64,000 nt of DNA from Chrysochromulina tobinii (GCA_001275005.1 JWZX01003249.1:1-64000); one strand, 5' to 3'; positions 35,836 to 48,600 are shown, counted from the stretch's first letter. Numbers and translations: made by a program. The notes: generated from the letters alone by a model not told the origin.

Positions 35836-38800
35836 ATGGACGCCATCGGCGTCGAAGAGAAACTTGACGATGAGGTCGAAGTGGCCTCATCACGATCGCC
35901 CGTGGCCGCTGGCGTGGATTCTCCGCCGGAGACTCCGCCCGCGGGTAAGACTATCTCTGTGCAGCAGTGCCTCTACCGCCAGTTCGCCAGGGCTTGGGTG
36001 CCACCGCTCTGTACGTTCTTGATCACGCTCTCGCTGCGGCTCCTCTTCATACTCACAACGGATCCGGGCGACAGGATTGTGGCCTCATTCCCCGGCTCGC
36101 AAGTTGCTATCCGATGTGACGCCAACGGGCGGTACCTCGAAGTGAGCCCTGACGGCTGGGTCTTTGCATCCGCCTTCACGCACAACCGGCTCTCCGCGCG
36201 CTTCGACGTCGAGCCGGTCTCGCCCGAGCTGCTGCGCTCGCTCGTGCACACGCGTGAGTTCCGCGAGCGCGCAGGCAACGTGGGCGTGCGCCACTGGGAC
36301 ATGCGCCCGAGGCAGCAGCGTGACGCGTGGGATGGCTACGAGGGAGCGCCTGCATGGGGCGGCTACGAGGCGAGCGCCGCGGACGCGTCGCAGGGCGACG
36401 TGGACCGGCATGAGCCCTTGCAGGCCGAGGAGGAGGAGCAGCTGCGCCAAAGGCTCGAGCGGTCGGCGGCGCAGGGCGAGCAGGGCTGGGTGTTGCTGCG
36501 CTCGCCCTATGCAGGTGGGTACGTCGAGGTCATCAGCCGGGGCGAGGAGGACGAATATGTGGTGCGTGTGGCCGCCGACGGCAAGCTCTCGTACCGCTCG
36601 CTCTTTGTGCTCGAGCCCGAGGCGGTCTGGTCGTACGCCGTCGGCGGCGCGCTCAACTGGCGCCATCCCGACGCTTCGGATCCCAAGCAGCACGTGCGCG
36701 CACATGGCAACTCAAAGCCGTATGGTCCGCTCCGCTCCTCCGTGCCGACGGCACGCCTGCTCGTCTTTCGGCCGCCGCCTGTGGTGGACGTGCTCAGTGC
36801 GCTCGCGTGCCCGACGGCCGTGCCACCCTTTGAGTGGGCACTGCTGCTCGACGCGGCGCGTGCGGGTGTATGTAGCTCGGCTTCGCTCGGCACGTTGCGT
36901 ACTGCGGCTTCGGCTCTCGAGCAGCTCGAGGCTATCTTGGGTGCGGCCTTCAGCGTCGAGCTGGGCGACCTGGCGACCTCGTACCGCACCATCCTGCTCG
37001 ACGAGACCTGGCTCGAGACGCTCGATTTGCAGCTGCGCCGCTGCTCGGTCGAGGGCCGTCCACTCGACGATCCGACCATCCCCTTTTCGCGCGTGGACGC
37101 CGCCGCGGGAGAGTTGGTCGTCGACAGCGCGCGCTGCCCGAACGCGGCTTACTCTGAGGTGGTGCTCCGCCCGACGCCGGACGAGCCAATGGCCCTCGAG
37201 ATGCGTCGCCTCAACTGGGCCGACATGCCCTCGCCCTCGCCGCCGCTGGGCGGCGCGCATCATGGCGCTCTATATGGTTCTTCGAGCGGAGGGGATGGTG
37301 GCGGCGGCGATGGTGGCGGCGGCGATGGTGGCGGCGGCGGCAGTGCTGCTGCTGGTGCTGCTGGTGCTGCTGGTGCTGCTGGTGCTGCTGGTGCTGCTGG
37401 TGCTGCTGGTGCTGCTGGTGCTGCTGGTGCTGCTGGTGGTGGGCGTGACGCTGGTGCGCTATTCGCGTCCTCGGATCGGCCACAGCTGCATGTACCGTTG
37501 CGGACCGACGCGGTGTTCGTGCTGTGCGACTTTGAGGGTGACGACGGCTTCAGCAGCACCGGACCGAACGAGCGCCGCGAGGGCGCCGAGACCTCTGCGG
37601 ACGAGGGTGTCGACGAGCTGGCCCCGTTTTGGGAGGAGGTGGCTCCGTCGCCGCCCAATCAAGTAGCAAACCTATGGTTCCGCGTCGCGCCTGAGCTCGA
37701 GCTCTACCGACGCACGCCACGGCAGGTCGCGAAGCGTAAGCGGGTTAAGGCCGCCGGCGCGCCGGCGGGCACGAATCCGACGAAGCCCGGCGCGCCGGCG
37801 GGCACGGCCGACGCCGCGGAGGCGGCCGAGGCGGCCGAGGCGGCCGAGGCGGCCGAGGCGGCGGACCGCAAGGCGTACAGCAGCCAGCTGAGCGTGTTGC
37901 TGCTCATGCTGGACGCGACCTCACGCGCGCACCTGCATCGGATGGTGCCCCAGTCGCTCGCACTGCTTCGCGCGCTTGCGAGCAGCGGCGCGGCGACGCT
38001 GTACGAATTCCCCTTCTACTCCATCGTCGGCTTCAATTCGGTGCCGAACATGGTGCCGATGCTCACAGGGGTCGATGCCGAGGCGATCATCAACCTGCCG
38101 CCCGTCGGCTCGTACGCCAGCCACCTGTACGACGAGTACGAGGACGAGGACGAGGATGAGTACGGGGCGCTCCGCGCGGAAGATGACCCGTTTGTGAGCG
38201 GAGGCGGCGGCAGCAGCGGTGGCAGCAGCGGTGGCGGCAGCAGCGGTGACGGCAGCAGCGGCGGCGGCGGACCCAAGGCAGTGTGGGGGGACTTTGAGCG
38301 CCATGGGTACGCGACCTTCCTCCTGGAGGAGCTTCACGATGGATGTACCGACCTGACGAGTGGCACACCGTCGTCCGCCTCGAAACTCTTTTACTCACGC
38401 TTCGGCGCCGCTGGCATGCCGCACCACAATGCATGGCAGATCTTTTGTCAGCCCGAGCTGCGCCCATGCTGCAACGACCCCGAGTCGTTCCTTCAGCCAG
38501 GGAGACGTCAGTGCGTCGGCGGCGCCGAGCTGCCCGAGCTCATGCTCGGCTATGTGAAGCAGCTCACGCGGTTGTACGCGGCGGAGGGCACTCCGCGCAT
38601 GGGTCTCCTCAATCTCATGTCGGCACACGAGCACTTCATGACGCGGCTGGGCGCACTCGATGCACCCCTGCGCACCTTTCTGCTCTCGATTGAGGCGCGG
38701 CTGCGCTCTGACACGGCCCTCTTCCTGCTCTCCGATCACGGCACGCACGGCATCTGGTATAACCACTTTGCTGTGGGCCAGGCGGAGCACCGCTCTCCCG

Positions 38801-39087
38801 CGCTCCTCCTGCTGCTGCCTGCGGGCTTTGCTCAGGCCCACCCGGCGGCCGACGCGGCACTCCGGCGCAACCAGCGCCGCCGCGTCACAGCGTACGACCT
38901 GCATGCGACGCTACGCCATCTGGCCGATTGGCCGACCATGCCGCGACCATCCGAAGAGGCGACCTCGCTCTTCACCGATCTCCCGGACGAGCGCACGTGC
39001 GAGACTGCGCGCGTGCCCGCCGAATGGTGCCTCGAGACGCCCCAAGAAAAGTGCCATGCGCGCTTTGAGCAGCAGCAAGGTGGGTAG
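35836..39087 (+). CDS. Membrane-anchored DUF229 / alkaline-phosphatase-superfamily protein with fascin-like N-terminal region
   Basis: LDATSRAHLHRM.P, GFNS.PN, LLSDHGT, NQRRRVTAYDLHATL, SLF..LP.ERTC..A.VP..WC; N-terminal TM. Confidence 0.75.
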   Translation: MDAIGVEEKLDDEVEVASSRSPVAAGVDSPPETPPAGKTISVQQCLYRQFARAWVPPLCTFLITLSLRLLFILTTDPGDRIVASFPGSQVAIRCDANGRYLEVSPDGWVFASAFTHNRLSARFDVEPVSPELLRSLVHTREFRERAGNVGVRHWDMRPRQQRDAWDGYEGAPAWGGYEASAADASQGDVDRHEPLQAEEEEQLRQRLERSAAQGEQGWVLLRSPYAGGYVEVISRGEEDEYVVRVAADGKLSYRSLFVLEPEAVWSYAVGGALNWRHPDASDPKQHVRAHGNSKPYGPLRSSVPTARLLVFRPPPVVDVLSALACPTAVPPFEWALLLDAARAGVCSSASLGTLRTAASALEQLEAILGAAFSVELGDLATSYRTILLDETWLETLDLQLRRCSVEGRPLDDPTIPFSRVDAAAGELVVDSARCPNAAYSEVVLRPTPDEPMALEMRRLNWADMPSPSPPLGGAHHGALYGSSSGGDGGGGDGGGGDGGGGGSAAAGAAGAAGAAGAAGAAGAAGAAGAAGAAGGGRDAGALFASSDRPQLHVPLRTDAVFVLCDFEGDDGFSSTGPNERREGAETSADEGVDELAPFWEEVAPSPPNQVANLWFRVAPELELYRRTPRQVAKRKRVKAAGAPAGTNPTKPGAPAGTADAAEAAEAAEAAEAAEAADRKAYSSQLSVLLLMLDATSRAHLHRMVPQSLALLRALASSGAATLYEFPFYSIVGFNSVPNMVPMLTGVDAEAIINLPPVGSYASHLYDEYEDEDEDEYGALRAEDDPFVSGGGGSSGGSSGGGSSGDGSSGGGGPKAVWGDFERHGYATFLLEELHDGCTDLTSGTPSSASKLFYSRFGAAGMPHHNAWQIFCQPELRPCCNDPESFLQPGRRQCVGGAELPELMLGYVKQLTRLYAAEGTPRMGLLNLMSAHEHFMTRLGALDAPLRTFLLSIEARLRSDTALFLLSDHGTHGIWYNHFAVGQAEHRSPALLLLLPAGFAQAHPAADAALRRNQRRRVTAYDLHATLRHLADWPTMPRPSEEATSLFTDLPDERTCETARVPAEWCLETPQEKCHARFEQQQGG
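37345..37436 (+). repeat. (GCTGCTGGT)n coding minisatellite (Ala-Ala-Gly)
   Basis: About 10 tandem 9-mers. Confidence 0.9.
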
Positions 39088-39305
39088 AATTCAAGTCCGA
39101 AAACTCGAGTGTCCACCGAACCTCCCTCTTCTGTAGAGCGATAGGGTGCTGAACCGCGATCGCGATACGTTGCGGGCCCAAAGCTCCCCAATGCCCGAAC
39201 GAACCGAAACTCTAGGTTACGGTACCCGGTATCAGTGACGAAACTCCGACGGCGTCCCCTCGTGGCATTACCAATCGCGTGGCTCGGTTCTCCCGGGCGC
39301 CTGCC

Positions 39306-40977
39306 ATGGCTGCTCACATCCTGGTCAACCCGATACTGCAGCCTATGCTGCACGGGTTATCAGGCTCTCAACAGCTTCGGACATCAAGCAGCGCTCCACT
39401 GCTGTCGAATACGCGCGATTCTCGTGGGATGCCAAACGACTCCGAACCGCCACCTTTTGTTTATGGCGTAGCACAGGGCCGCACCCAGCTGGTACATGTG
39501 GAGCTCTACGTCGACCATGGTGGCGTATTAAGACCGGTAAACCTCAGTGGTGGCATATTCAAGGCTCGCAGCATGACACGCCGGCAGCTCGTCGATGAGA
39601 TAAATCGCACAGGGGCGGTGCTGTCGGCACGTGACGCCTGCAAAGTTGATCCACTCCTGTCCTCACGCCGTGAGCCGGCGCTCTTTGTGAGGCCAGGAGC
39701 AGTGCTCATCTCTTTGGGCTTGCAGCGCATGGGTGCCATCGTGCTACGAGACCGGCTCTACCTACTCGCGCCGTCTGTGGAGGATCCGTTACTCTGTACC
39801 ACGAAGGATGCCTTCTTTCGCTTGCGCGAGGAGAGCAACCTCGAGATCGTAGCTCCCCCAGCGCAGCTTGGCAGCGAGCCCCCGTCACCAACCGGTCGTC
39901 GCAGCGGTGCTCAGCCTTCGTCGGCCTCCTTCGTGCTCGTGGCGATGGAGGCCATCTTCATGGGAGCGTGTTTTGAACTGCACAAGAGGACGAGCGCGCT
40001 GGCTGCGCATGTCCGGGAGGAACTCGACGAGCTCACCTCTCACGGTGGGATCAAGCTGAGCGTCGGCACGGATTGGCTCGTCATCGTGCGTGAGCTGCGG
40101 CAGCGGGTGGAGCACTTGCAGGCCCAAGCGCGCTCCCTTGATGACGCCATCTCATGCGCCCTCGAAGATGACGAGACGATCCGCGGTTTCAACCTGGATG
40201 CCGAAACCGACTCGCGATCTCGACCCGAGCTCGACCCCGACTCGCGATCTCGACCCTATCTCGCGACGGACGTGGCCGACGCCGCAGAGCAGCTCCTCGA
40301 GGCCTACCTGGCGCACGTGCATACTGCGAGCGCGTCCCTCGCGACGGCGGCTTTCAATATCGCCGGCCAGGAGAAGATCGCCTTGCTGATGCTCGACCAG
40401 GTGCGCAATCGACTGCTCAAGGTCGATGTGGCCGCCGCATCGATCAGTGCCGCGACTGGCCTCGGGGCATGCATCGCCTCCGTCTTCGGCATGAATACGC
40501 CAATTTCGTTCTTGGCCAACGTGCCGGAGAAAAGGCTCGCCGGAGTCCAAGTTCGATACGTGGCTCTTTATTTCCGTCGCTGGCTATATTGCCACGATGG
40601 TTTCCACGTTCATTATCTGCGTCATAGTCTTCCTCCGGGGACCGGCGCACCATATCCACTCCGCGCCTCACATCAAGGTCAGCTCCGTCTCGGATGAGCC
40701 TCTCAACTTGCCCACGCACCGTCGGCGGAAATCCGATCGGTACCTCGATCGATATACCGACTTAAGCTCTCACGACCAATGGGGCACAGCGCAGGGTGCA
40801 GATGCTGGCTCGCTGCGCTGGCCGTCATTCTCTGTGCTACCTAGGCCATCGAAGCTGCCGTACCCAGACGCCGACGCCAACACCGTAGTGACACCGATAG
40901 GCGCGGCGTGCAACACCGTGGCGCCACCGACATCCGTCGTACGAGGCAGGGCTCCCACATCATCATTAATCAACTGA
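39306..40977 (+). CDS. MRS2: MRS2/CorA-family magnesium transporter (probable frameshift ~40530-40550)
   Basis: RD..KVDP, AEQLLEAY, LDQVRNRLLKVD, VFGMN motif; second TM helix lies in the 40597-40977 frame. Confidence 0.8.
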
Positions 40978-41787
40978 GGTGACAGCGGGATACGGATTCT
41001 TCATTGATCAACTGAGGTGACGGCGAGATACGGGTTCTTTCACAGGGATTATTTCACCATCGGTGTGGGCCGGATCTGCGGTGGACTGTGAGGCGACACA
41101 GTCGCGCGTCCGCAGGTTCGTGAGGCTAGACCACTCGCGTCAAATTACTACGTAGCACGTGCACATCAGTCGAGATATGCCTGATAGCAGGTCTAGCTAG
41201 CATGGCCTGCCTCGAGGCAACGGAGCAGGACCTGCTGCTGTGGATTCCAAGCAGTACGGTCTAGCTAGCATGGCGTGCCTCGGCTCATTCGCAGCCGCCC
41301 AACGGCACCGCTCCACAAGCGTACAACGGCACCGCTCGAAACCCGTGCGTCCGATCGCTCCCTTGTTTGGAAGGGTCCACTGTGGAACCTCCAAGCAAGG
41401 TGCAGGAGACGAGAGTACAGCAGAAGGAGGAGTTCATACCCATCCAAGCTTTAGTGTGCGCGAGCAGTCGTGTGCGAGGGGCAGTCGCGTGAACGTCGCG
41501 ATTTCGACGTGCTCCGTCGGCAGCGTCCAGGGTCCAATCAGGAACCGACGCTTTGGGCTGCCCCCCGAGCGCCTCCGTCGCCCTCTTCCCCGCGCAAAGG
41601 TCTGAGTATAGATGAGACTTAATAGATGTGAGCCGGCTCAGCCCGAGAACTCGTCCCCTAACGACTAACACACGCATTTGTCCGTTACTGGTGCCCTACA
41701 AGTTTGTCGGACTTCACTCTCTGCAGCCTCGGTCGGAACGTCGCGCTGCAGGCACGCACGGTCAAACCTCTATCTCTGCATCACACC

Positions 41788-42958
41788 ATGGCGCAGAGGA
41801 ACCTACAGGGAAAGTCCATGTTTGGCTCGCAGCCGCTGAGTACTCGGCCCTCGCCAGCCAACTACGGTTTCGGCAGCAGCACACGCAACCACCGGAACCG
41901 GCTCTACATTGGCGAGATGTACGCCAAGACATCAAACATCTCGTGCACGCCCGGCCCGTGCTACGAGACGCAGGGGTCTATGGCGAGCCAGGCCGACAGC
42001 GGCAAGCTGTCGACGCCGCAGTGGCAGTTCGGCACCTCCCAGCGCTTCGCCAGCCCGCGTTCCACGCTGTCTGGAACCCCCGCACCGGGCACCTATGAGA
42101 GCGCGAGCTCCTTCCAGCGGCAGTCGCTCTCCCAGCGCACGAGCTTTCCGCGTTTCGGCTTCGGCACCGTTGACCGCGACATGGCGGCCAAGGTCCGGGT
42201 CTCCCCTCCCCGGCCCGCATGCGCCCTCTCTCGAGCTCACGCCCTCTCTCGAACTAACGCCGGCCTCTCGTCTATGGCCGCGCGCTGCAGGTCTTCATCT
42301 CGCCGAGCCACGCGTCCTCCTCGTTTGGGCGCTCCTCGCCCGGCCCAGCCGCCCCGTACATGCGCGAGACGGGGCTGGCGGGGTACAAGTTTGGGTTCGG
42401 AACCGAGGAGCGCTTCGGGCGGACGGCGAGACAGCTGCACGACGCGGCCGAGTCGCCCGGCCCTGGCTCGTACGAGGACAAGGGGGTGCTCGGCCAACAG
42501 TCCTCGAGCAAGCTCGACACCGTCGCGTCCTTCGGATTCGGCTCTTCGACGCGAGAGCATGTGGCTCGTGTCTTCTGCAACGACATGATGGCGCGCGCCT
42601 CGGGCAGAAGCGGAATGGGTGCACGCTCCCTTATTTGGAATCCCGACGCCTCCCGACGCCTCGCCCCCCCTCCCCTCCCTTCCATCCCCTTCCATCTCCT
42701 GGACCCCCGCCTCTGGCCTGAATGCGCCTCCGCTTCTGGCCCGCGCCTTCTCCTGACGCCTCTGCCGCCCCCCGCCCCCCCCCCCCGCCAGGCAACTTCA
42801 CGCCGGGTCCGCCCGCGTACAACATCCCCAACGGTATCGGCATCCAGCCGACGTCCCGCGGCCGTTCGGCACCGTCGTGGGGGTTCGGCAAGGACCGCCG
42901 TTACAAGGACAACACTTACGAGACCATCTCGCCTGGCCCGGGCGCGTACGCCACGTAG
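41788..42958 (+). CDS. Sperm-tail PG-rich repeat (SHIPPO/ODF3-like) axonemal protein; introns 42193-42290 and 42619-42791
   Basis: Repeated [TS]PGPG.Y and FGFG..R units; both GT-AG introns restore the frame; ACTAAC branch-like site at ~42253. Confidence 0.85.
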
Positions 42959-43952
42959 AGCGAGACCGAAAGCGCGGCTTACATGCCCGTCACGACGCCT
43001 TGCTGCTCGAGGGTGGAGATGCATGCTTCACAGTGAGGGTGGAGATGCATGCTTCACCCCTCAGTGAGGAGTCAGTGAGGCATGGGGGACGTGGGGTGTG
43101 GCGTCCGAGGAGCAGGAGCAGTGGCGGCGTTCACGGCGGCGCCCGCTCGAGGGAGAGTTTGCTCGTGATGACGTGACAGTGACGAAGCCGTGAGCGCCGA
43201 AGCCTCGGGTGTGGCATCCTTGGGTGACGCGAGAGAGGTCGCGAGCGATGAGATGCTGTGAGTCTGAGCGTGCTAGGGCTGGCGTCAAGAGGATACAATG
43301 AGCACTGTGAGCTCGACGAGGTTGGGGCCTGTGAGGTCAGCCCCAGAGAGCCATGGGCCCGATGATGGCCTCGGACGTCGGCGTGAGCTGTGAGACGACT
43401 TTATTGGGCGCATGTGCTTCAGATGTGCTCTTCATGTGGGACTGAGTGGAGACGCTTCGAGTGGAGGAATCTGGAGCGTGGAGGAGCATGCCATGATCGC
43501 TGTCAACTGCACCGTGACGAGAGGCGAGGCGGCTGTGTGTGTGGTGTTCAATGTGGTGTGTGTGGGCGCGTCAGATTCAACACGATAGAGGAGGGGCCGG
43601 ACCGCCGTAGGCCGCGGTGCGAGGTTCGGATACTTGTATATGGCTCAGCCTATACATGTATATATCCATATCCGAGGATCGATCCCGCAAGCGGCCGGAT
43701 GGCATCCAACTTCCAAGGATCCAAGCGGACGGCGCAACGAACGTCGAACCGCAAACGCGAAACGGCGCCACGCGACGTTGAAGCGTCGAAGTCGCGCGTT
43801 GCACGCGGACGCGGCCTGTGACCCTGTGTGAGAGGTCGGGGGCGCGACACCGGCGAGCGGCGGCCGGCGGCCCGTTGTGTGTCTTCATATGAATGAACCA
43901 GGGTGAGCGTTTTGAAGGACCATGACAGTCTCTAGCTCCTTCCCCTGAAAGA

Positions 43953-45179
43953 ATGCTGCTACCTCGAGGCATCAAGCCGACCTTACCCGCCGAGGCCACA
44001 CCCAACCTTCACGCGACAGCGTCGAAGCCCACCTCTGATATCACGCGAATGTTCCTGCGCCGAGCTGCATCATCGGGCCTTGAAGGTTACATCGACGAAA
44101 GCGGCAAGGTCACATGGGGCAGGGAAGCCCTGAAGCTCACGAGGGAGCGCAGTCGGAGCAACATGATTGCTGAACACCGCGATGCGGTGAGCGTGGGCAT
44201 GCACCATGCGCGTGCCGTGCGCAAGGCTGTGCAAGAGGATTTGGAGGCCAAGTGCGCCGAGACGGGACACCAGTGTCCTTTCTTGCAGCATCGTTCACCG
44301 CCGCCAAAGCCTCCGCCTGCACCACCACCGGCCAAGTACGTGGCGCAACGGCCGGAGCCCAAGATCATGGCGCAGGCGGAAGAGCGCGCGGCGGCCGTGG
44401 AGGCGCAACGCTGGGCCCAGCCCTCAGTGACCACGTGGCGGCATGCGCCCACACACCTGGGGACTCGCGCGACGACGAACAAGGCCTGGCACGAGCGCCT
44501 CTCTCGCTCATACACGGCGGCGTCGGCGCAGCGGGCGCTTGGAGTGCCCGCCCACGTCAAGTGGTGGCGCGAGGGCGCTCAGGTGACGGTGGAAGGGGTT
44601 ACCATGGACGGGCAGGTGCTGGCGGTGGCAGAGGTGGCTGCCAAACTGGTGCAAAAGTCAACGCAGGCGTGGGTGGGGCATCTGCGCGAGCCACACGAAA
44701 CCCATGTCGCGAGGCGCACGCCCTCTCCTCCGGCGGACGACGGCGACGACGAAGAGGATGTCGACGCCGTGGACAATCCCACAGAGGTCGCGTGGTTCTA
44801 TCGGCAGCCTGCGATCGATGCGCCGGAAACTCCATGGGTTGAATCCAACGAAGGCTCGGCAGGGCACTCTAGTGAACGCGCGGTCCTTGGCGACCCAGCG
44901 GCCCCGTTACGACGACCAGCGCCCGTCCTCAAGCCACCCCGACGGCAAGCGCCGCATCTGCCGAGTGACGGCGGCACGCGACGTGAAGTGCCGCCACTGC
45001 CGAGCGAGCTATGGACAGGCTGGAGTGCGACGCGTGAAAACGAGGAGTTGCACCGCAACCTCGTGCGGGCCTTTGCAAAACGGACAGACCGGACCAGCGC
45101 CCGACCGGTCAAGCTGCAGCGCTCGGCGAGCGCAACGGCGAACACGCAAGCGCATGGCCGACCCATGAATTGGAGGTAG
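43953..45179 (+). CDS. Hypothetical protein
   Basis: 408-aa ATG-initiated ORF; no recognisable domain. Confidence 0.5.
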   Translation: MLLPRGIKPTLPAEATPNLHATASKPTSDITRMFLRRAASSGLEGYIDESGKVTWGREALKLTRERSRSNMIAEHRDAVSVGMHHARAVRKAVQEDLEAKCAETGHQCPFLQHRSPPPKPPPAPPPAKYVAQRPEPKIMAQAEERAAAVEAQRWAQPSVTTWRHAPTHLGTRATTNKAWHERLSRSYTAASAQRALGVPAHVKWWREGAQVTVEGVTMDGQVLAVAEVAAKLVQKSTQAWVGHLREPHETHVARRTPSPPADDGDDEEDVDAVDNPTEVAWFYRQPAIDAPETPWVESNEGSAGHSSERAVLGDPAAPLRRPAPVLKPPRRQAPHLPSDGGTRREVPPLPSELWTGWSATRENEELHRNLVRAFAKRTDRTSARPVKLQRSASATANTQAHGRPMNWR

Positions 45180-45639
45180 GCCAGGCGATGCGCATCAGCG
45201 CGGAGGGGTTGGGCCCCGGCCCGCACCCGTGCGGGATTTCTGTGGGTCGCTCTGCTGGGCGTTCCGTCACTGGCGACTGGGACCAGAGAAAATTTCCGTT
45301 TTGAGAACTAGGGCGGTGTTGGAAAACTTCCGGCCTCCCAAGTTAAAAAACTTCCGCGCGGTCCCGGCGCCCAATTCCGATTCATAAGATTCGAGATGTG
45401 ACCATCCCGTCCCACTCAGAGCGCTCCGGGCGTGGGCTCGGTCGCGCAACGACAGCACGACGGACAATCATTGCCATGACCTCTCACGCAGGGTCGGGCA
45501 GGGAGTTCGCAGCTCCCTCTGTCAGACCCGCGCCCCCTGCCCCAGTTGGACTATTCGGCACGCGCAGCCCAACGCGGCGCGCGTCCTGCTGCTGCTCCTT
45601 GCCCAGCGGCGTGGAGGTCACTGCTACCTCCGCCATCGC

Positions 45640-48600
45640 TCACGAGATGGGCGAGGGGGCTTGGAACCGCGGCTCGTTACCCATAATCGGAGCGTTGCGC
45701 GCGGCGACGGGGTAAGTGACGGCAGAGCCGTTGTCGGACGCGTCCGCCTTGGCGCGGCAGAAGGGGCACTTGCCGTTCTTCATCACGGCAAGCTCCCAAT
45801 CCTCCTCGTGGAAAAAATGGTTACACTCGTGGCAGCAGACGACGGGCACGTCGGGCAGCATGTTGCGGAAGAACTCGAGCGGGCGCGCGCTCGTCGGCCA
45901 CTGGAGCACAAAGACGTCCGCGGCGGACATCTGAAGCATCATCTCACGCGAGGCGATCGTGGGTGTGAAGCGGCCGGTCGGCTCAAACTCGAGCATCGCC
46001 TTTGTGAACGGGTCGTCAATGTCGACGACGCCCGCCGCCTCGGCCGCCTGTGCGTCGCCCGCGAGCGAGAGCGTCTGCACATCGGGCCCGTCGTTGCCCC
46101 ACGGGTTGTCGGGCCCGCGTGGGCGCGAAAGCTTGCGCGGCGGTGGTTCGCGGCGCAGCAGCGTCAGAGCCTCCATCTGCGTCATGTCGCGCGATGGTGT
46201 GAAGCGCACTAGCGGCAGCAGCTCGAAGTTGACGAAGCTGCGGATACACGGGTGGCCGCACGCAGTGCATTTGTCGCCGTTTTGGTTGAGCAGCGGGTTG
46301 ATCGTCTGGCATCGGAAGCACGAGGGCTGCAGCTCGTCCGCATCATTGGGCGGACGCGCGCGGATCGAGAGCGCGAACAAGTCCACCGGCTCGAACCACG
46401 CGGGCGGCACCTTGAACGTGTTGAGCTTCTCGAGCGCAAAGCGCGCAAGGCGGTTGGCGCCGAGCGCCTTCGACTGCTTGGCGAGCGCGAAAAGGCAGTA
46501 GGCCTTCGACACGCCAAACGGTGCGGGCTCACGGAGCAGCTGGGCGAGGAGAGTGCGCGAGATGTTGAAGACGGTGTCCGGCGTGAGCGCGGTGAACGGC
46601 TCGTCCGTGTACTTATGGATCGAGTTGTACGCGTAGTACTGCTCGGACATACGCCGGCAACGATCGAACTCTCGCAGCACCTCGGGGCCTGGGCGCTCGG
46701 GCGCGGCGGCGAGGGTCTCCGTGGCGAGCACCCACAGGTAGTGGCCCGCGTCTTGGTACCGGTGCTCGAGGACGGCATTGTGGATGAGCGTGCGCAGCAT
46801 CTCGAGCGACTTGGGCCCCTCGCCTGCCTGCTTGAAGGCCTCCTGGGCCTCCTCGAACCGGTCTGCGCCGATCAGCCACTGCGCATACGGCAGGTAGACC
46901 TTGGGAGCCAGCTTCGGGTGCTGCTCGATGAGCTTGAGGGCCTCATCCCACTGGCAGTGGTCCACCTGCAGGGTGAGCAACCCCTCGACGTCGCCCAGCT
47001 TGAGGAAGATATCCTTGGCGTGCCCGACCGCGGCGGGCTGCTGGATGCCGGCTGCCTTTTTGAGCTTGCTCATGAAACCACCCACCTTGAGCGCGCCCCC
47101 GAGCGAGATGGCCGGGGGCGGCGGCGGGGGCGGGGCTTCCTTGGCCGCCTTGCTCAGATATGCGAGGCACGCGCGCAGCTCGGCAGCCTGCGTCTTCGGG
47201 TCGAGCGTCTTGGACACGTCGGCAAGCTGGTCGTACCAGCCCTTACCGCCAAGGATGTGAATCGCCTTAATGATCTCGCCCGCCGCGATGTAGGTCTGGT
47301 ACGCGACGGACGTGTCGTTGGTCTCCTCCGCCCACCTCGCCTGCCGCTTGACGAGCTCCTGCGCGGCCTCGGGGCTGGCTGAGTGAGCGTACTGGCGCGC
47401 TTCTTCCCACTTGCGCAGGTCCGAGTACATGTCGATCGCCCGCTCGACGCGGTTCGCCTTGCAGAAGAGCCGGGCGGCCTCCTGCAGCTTGCCCTGGTAT
47501 GCGAGCACGGTCGCGATGAGCACCTGGTCGTCATGGCCAGGCTGGCGCCGCTCTGCCTCGAGGCGCGTGATGAGGTCGAGGTAGCGCGTGTCGCGCAGCC
47601 GCACGTACGCCTTGCGCGACACGTCGAGGGCGAGCGCCTTGAGCGACTCCTGCGCGAGCTGCTTCCAGTCGGCGTCCGTCACGCCGAGGCAAGCGACCAT
47701 GTACGCACCGGCAAAGTCACGCTTCTCAATGTAACGGTATAGAGTGGCCGACTGGGGCACGTCGATCGCCTGCAGCGCCACGTAGTTGAGCCCGTAGATG
47801 CGCGAGCCCTTGAACCCCACGACGACGCCCTGCATGCGCTGCTGGTGTACGGGGAACGAGCCGGTTTTGATCGAGAGCGTGCCGTGCCCGCTGAAACAGA
47901 GCATGTCCGGCACCTCGGTGTTCCACACGACGGCCTCGGCGTTCTGCTCCTCAGCAAGCGTCGCGCCGGTGAGCAGGTCGTACACGACGAGCGCCGCGTG
48001 GTCGTCCACAATGGCGAGCTTGTCGCGATGCATCGAGAGATCGAGACAGCGGATGGGCGCCGTGTGCTTGATGAGCGGCACCGGGAAAGGGTTGTCGATG
48101 AAGATCTGGACGACGGTGCCGTCGGCGCATCCCGCGACGAGGCCCTCGCGCCCCGGCGGGCCGCCCACGGGCTTGATGTACCGAATCACGTCCTCGAGCA
48201 CCCACTCGCGCTCGCGCACGTTGGTGAGCGAGTAGAGTTGCAGCTTCTTCTCGACGCAGAGCAGAAAGTGTTGGGAGGTCACCACGAGCAGGTTGCAGTC
48301 GACGTCGAGCTGTAGGCGCTCGACGGGCCGGTACGCGATTTCGCCACCCGCCTCGTCGGCCGAGAGCTCGTAGATGAGCAGCCGATCGGGCAGCTGCACC
48401 GCCAGTCTCTCCTTGTAGATCGCGATCTTACGCACATACGAGCGGCACTTGATGCGCACCTTGGACTCCGTCACCATGTTCTGCACGACCACGTCGGTCA
48501 TGTACTCGCGGTACGCGTAGCGCTCGCGGTAGAGGCCGTGCACCGTCAAAAACTTGAGCTGGTACAGCGAGATCGTGCCGTCGTTGCAGCCGATGGCCAC

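Noticed and set aside
41192..41282. Two 24-nt repeats with a ~43-nt spacer, superficially CRISPR-like
   Set aside because: Only two units, eukaryotic context, no cas genes
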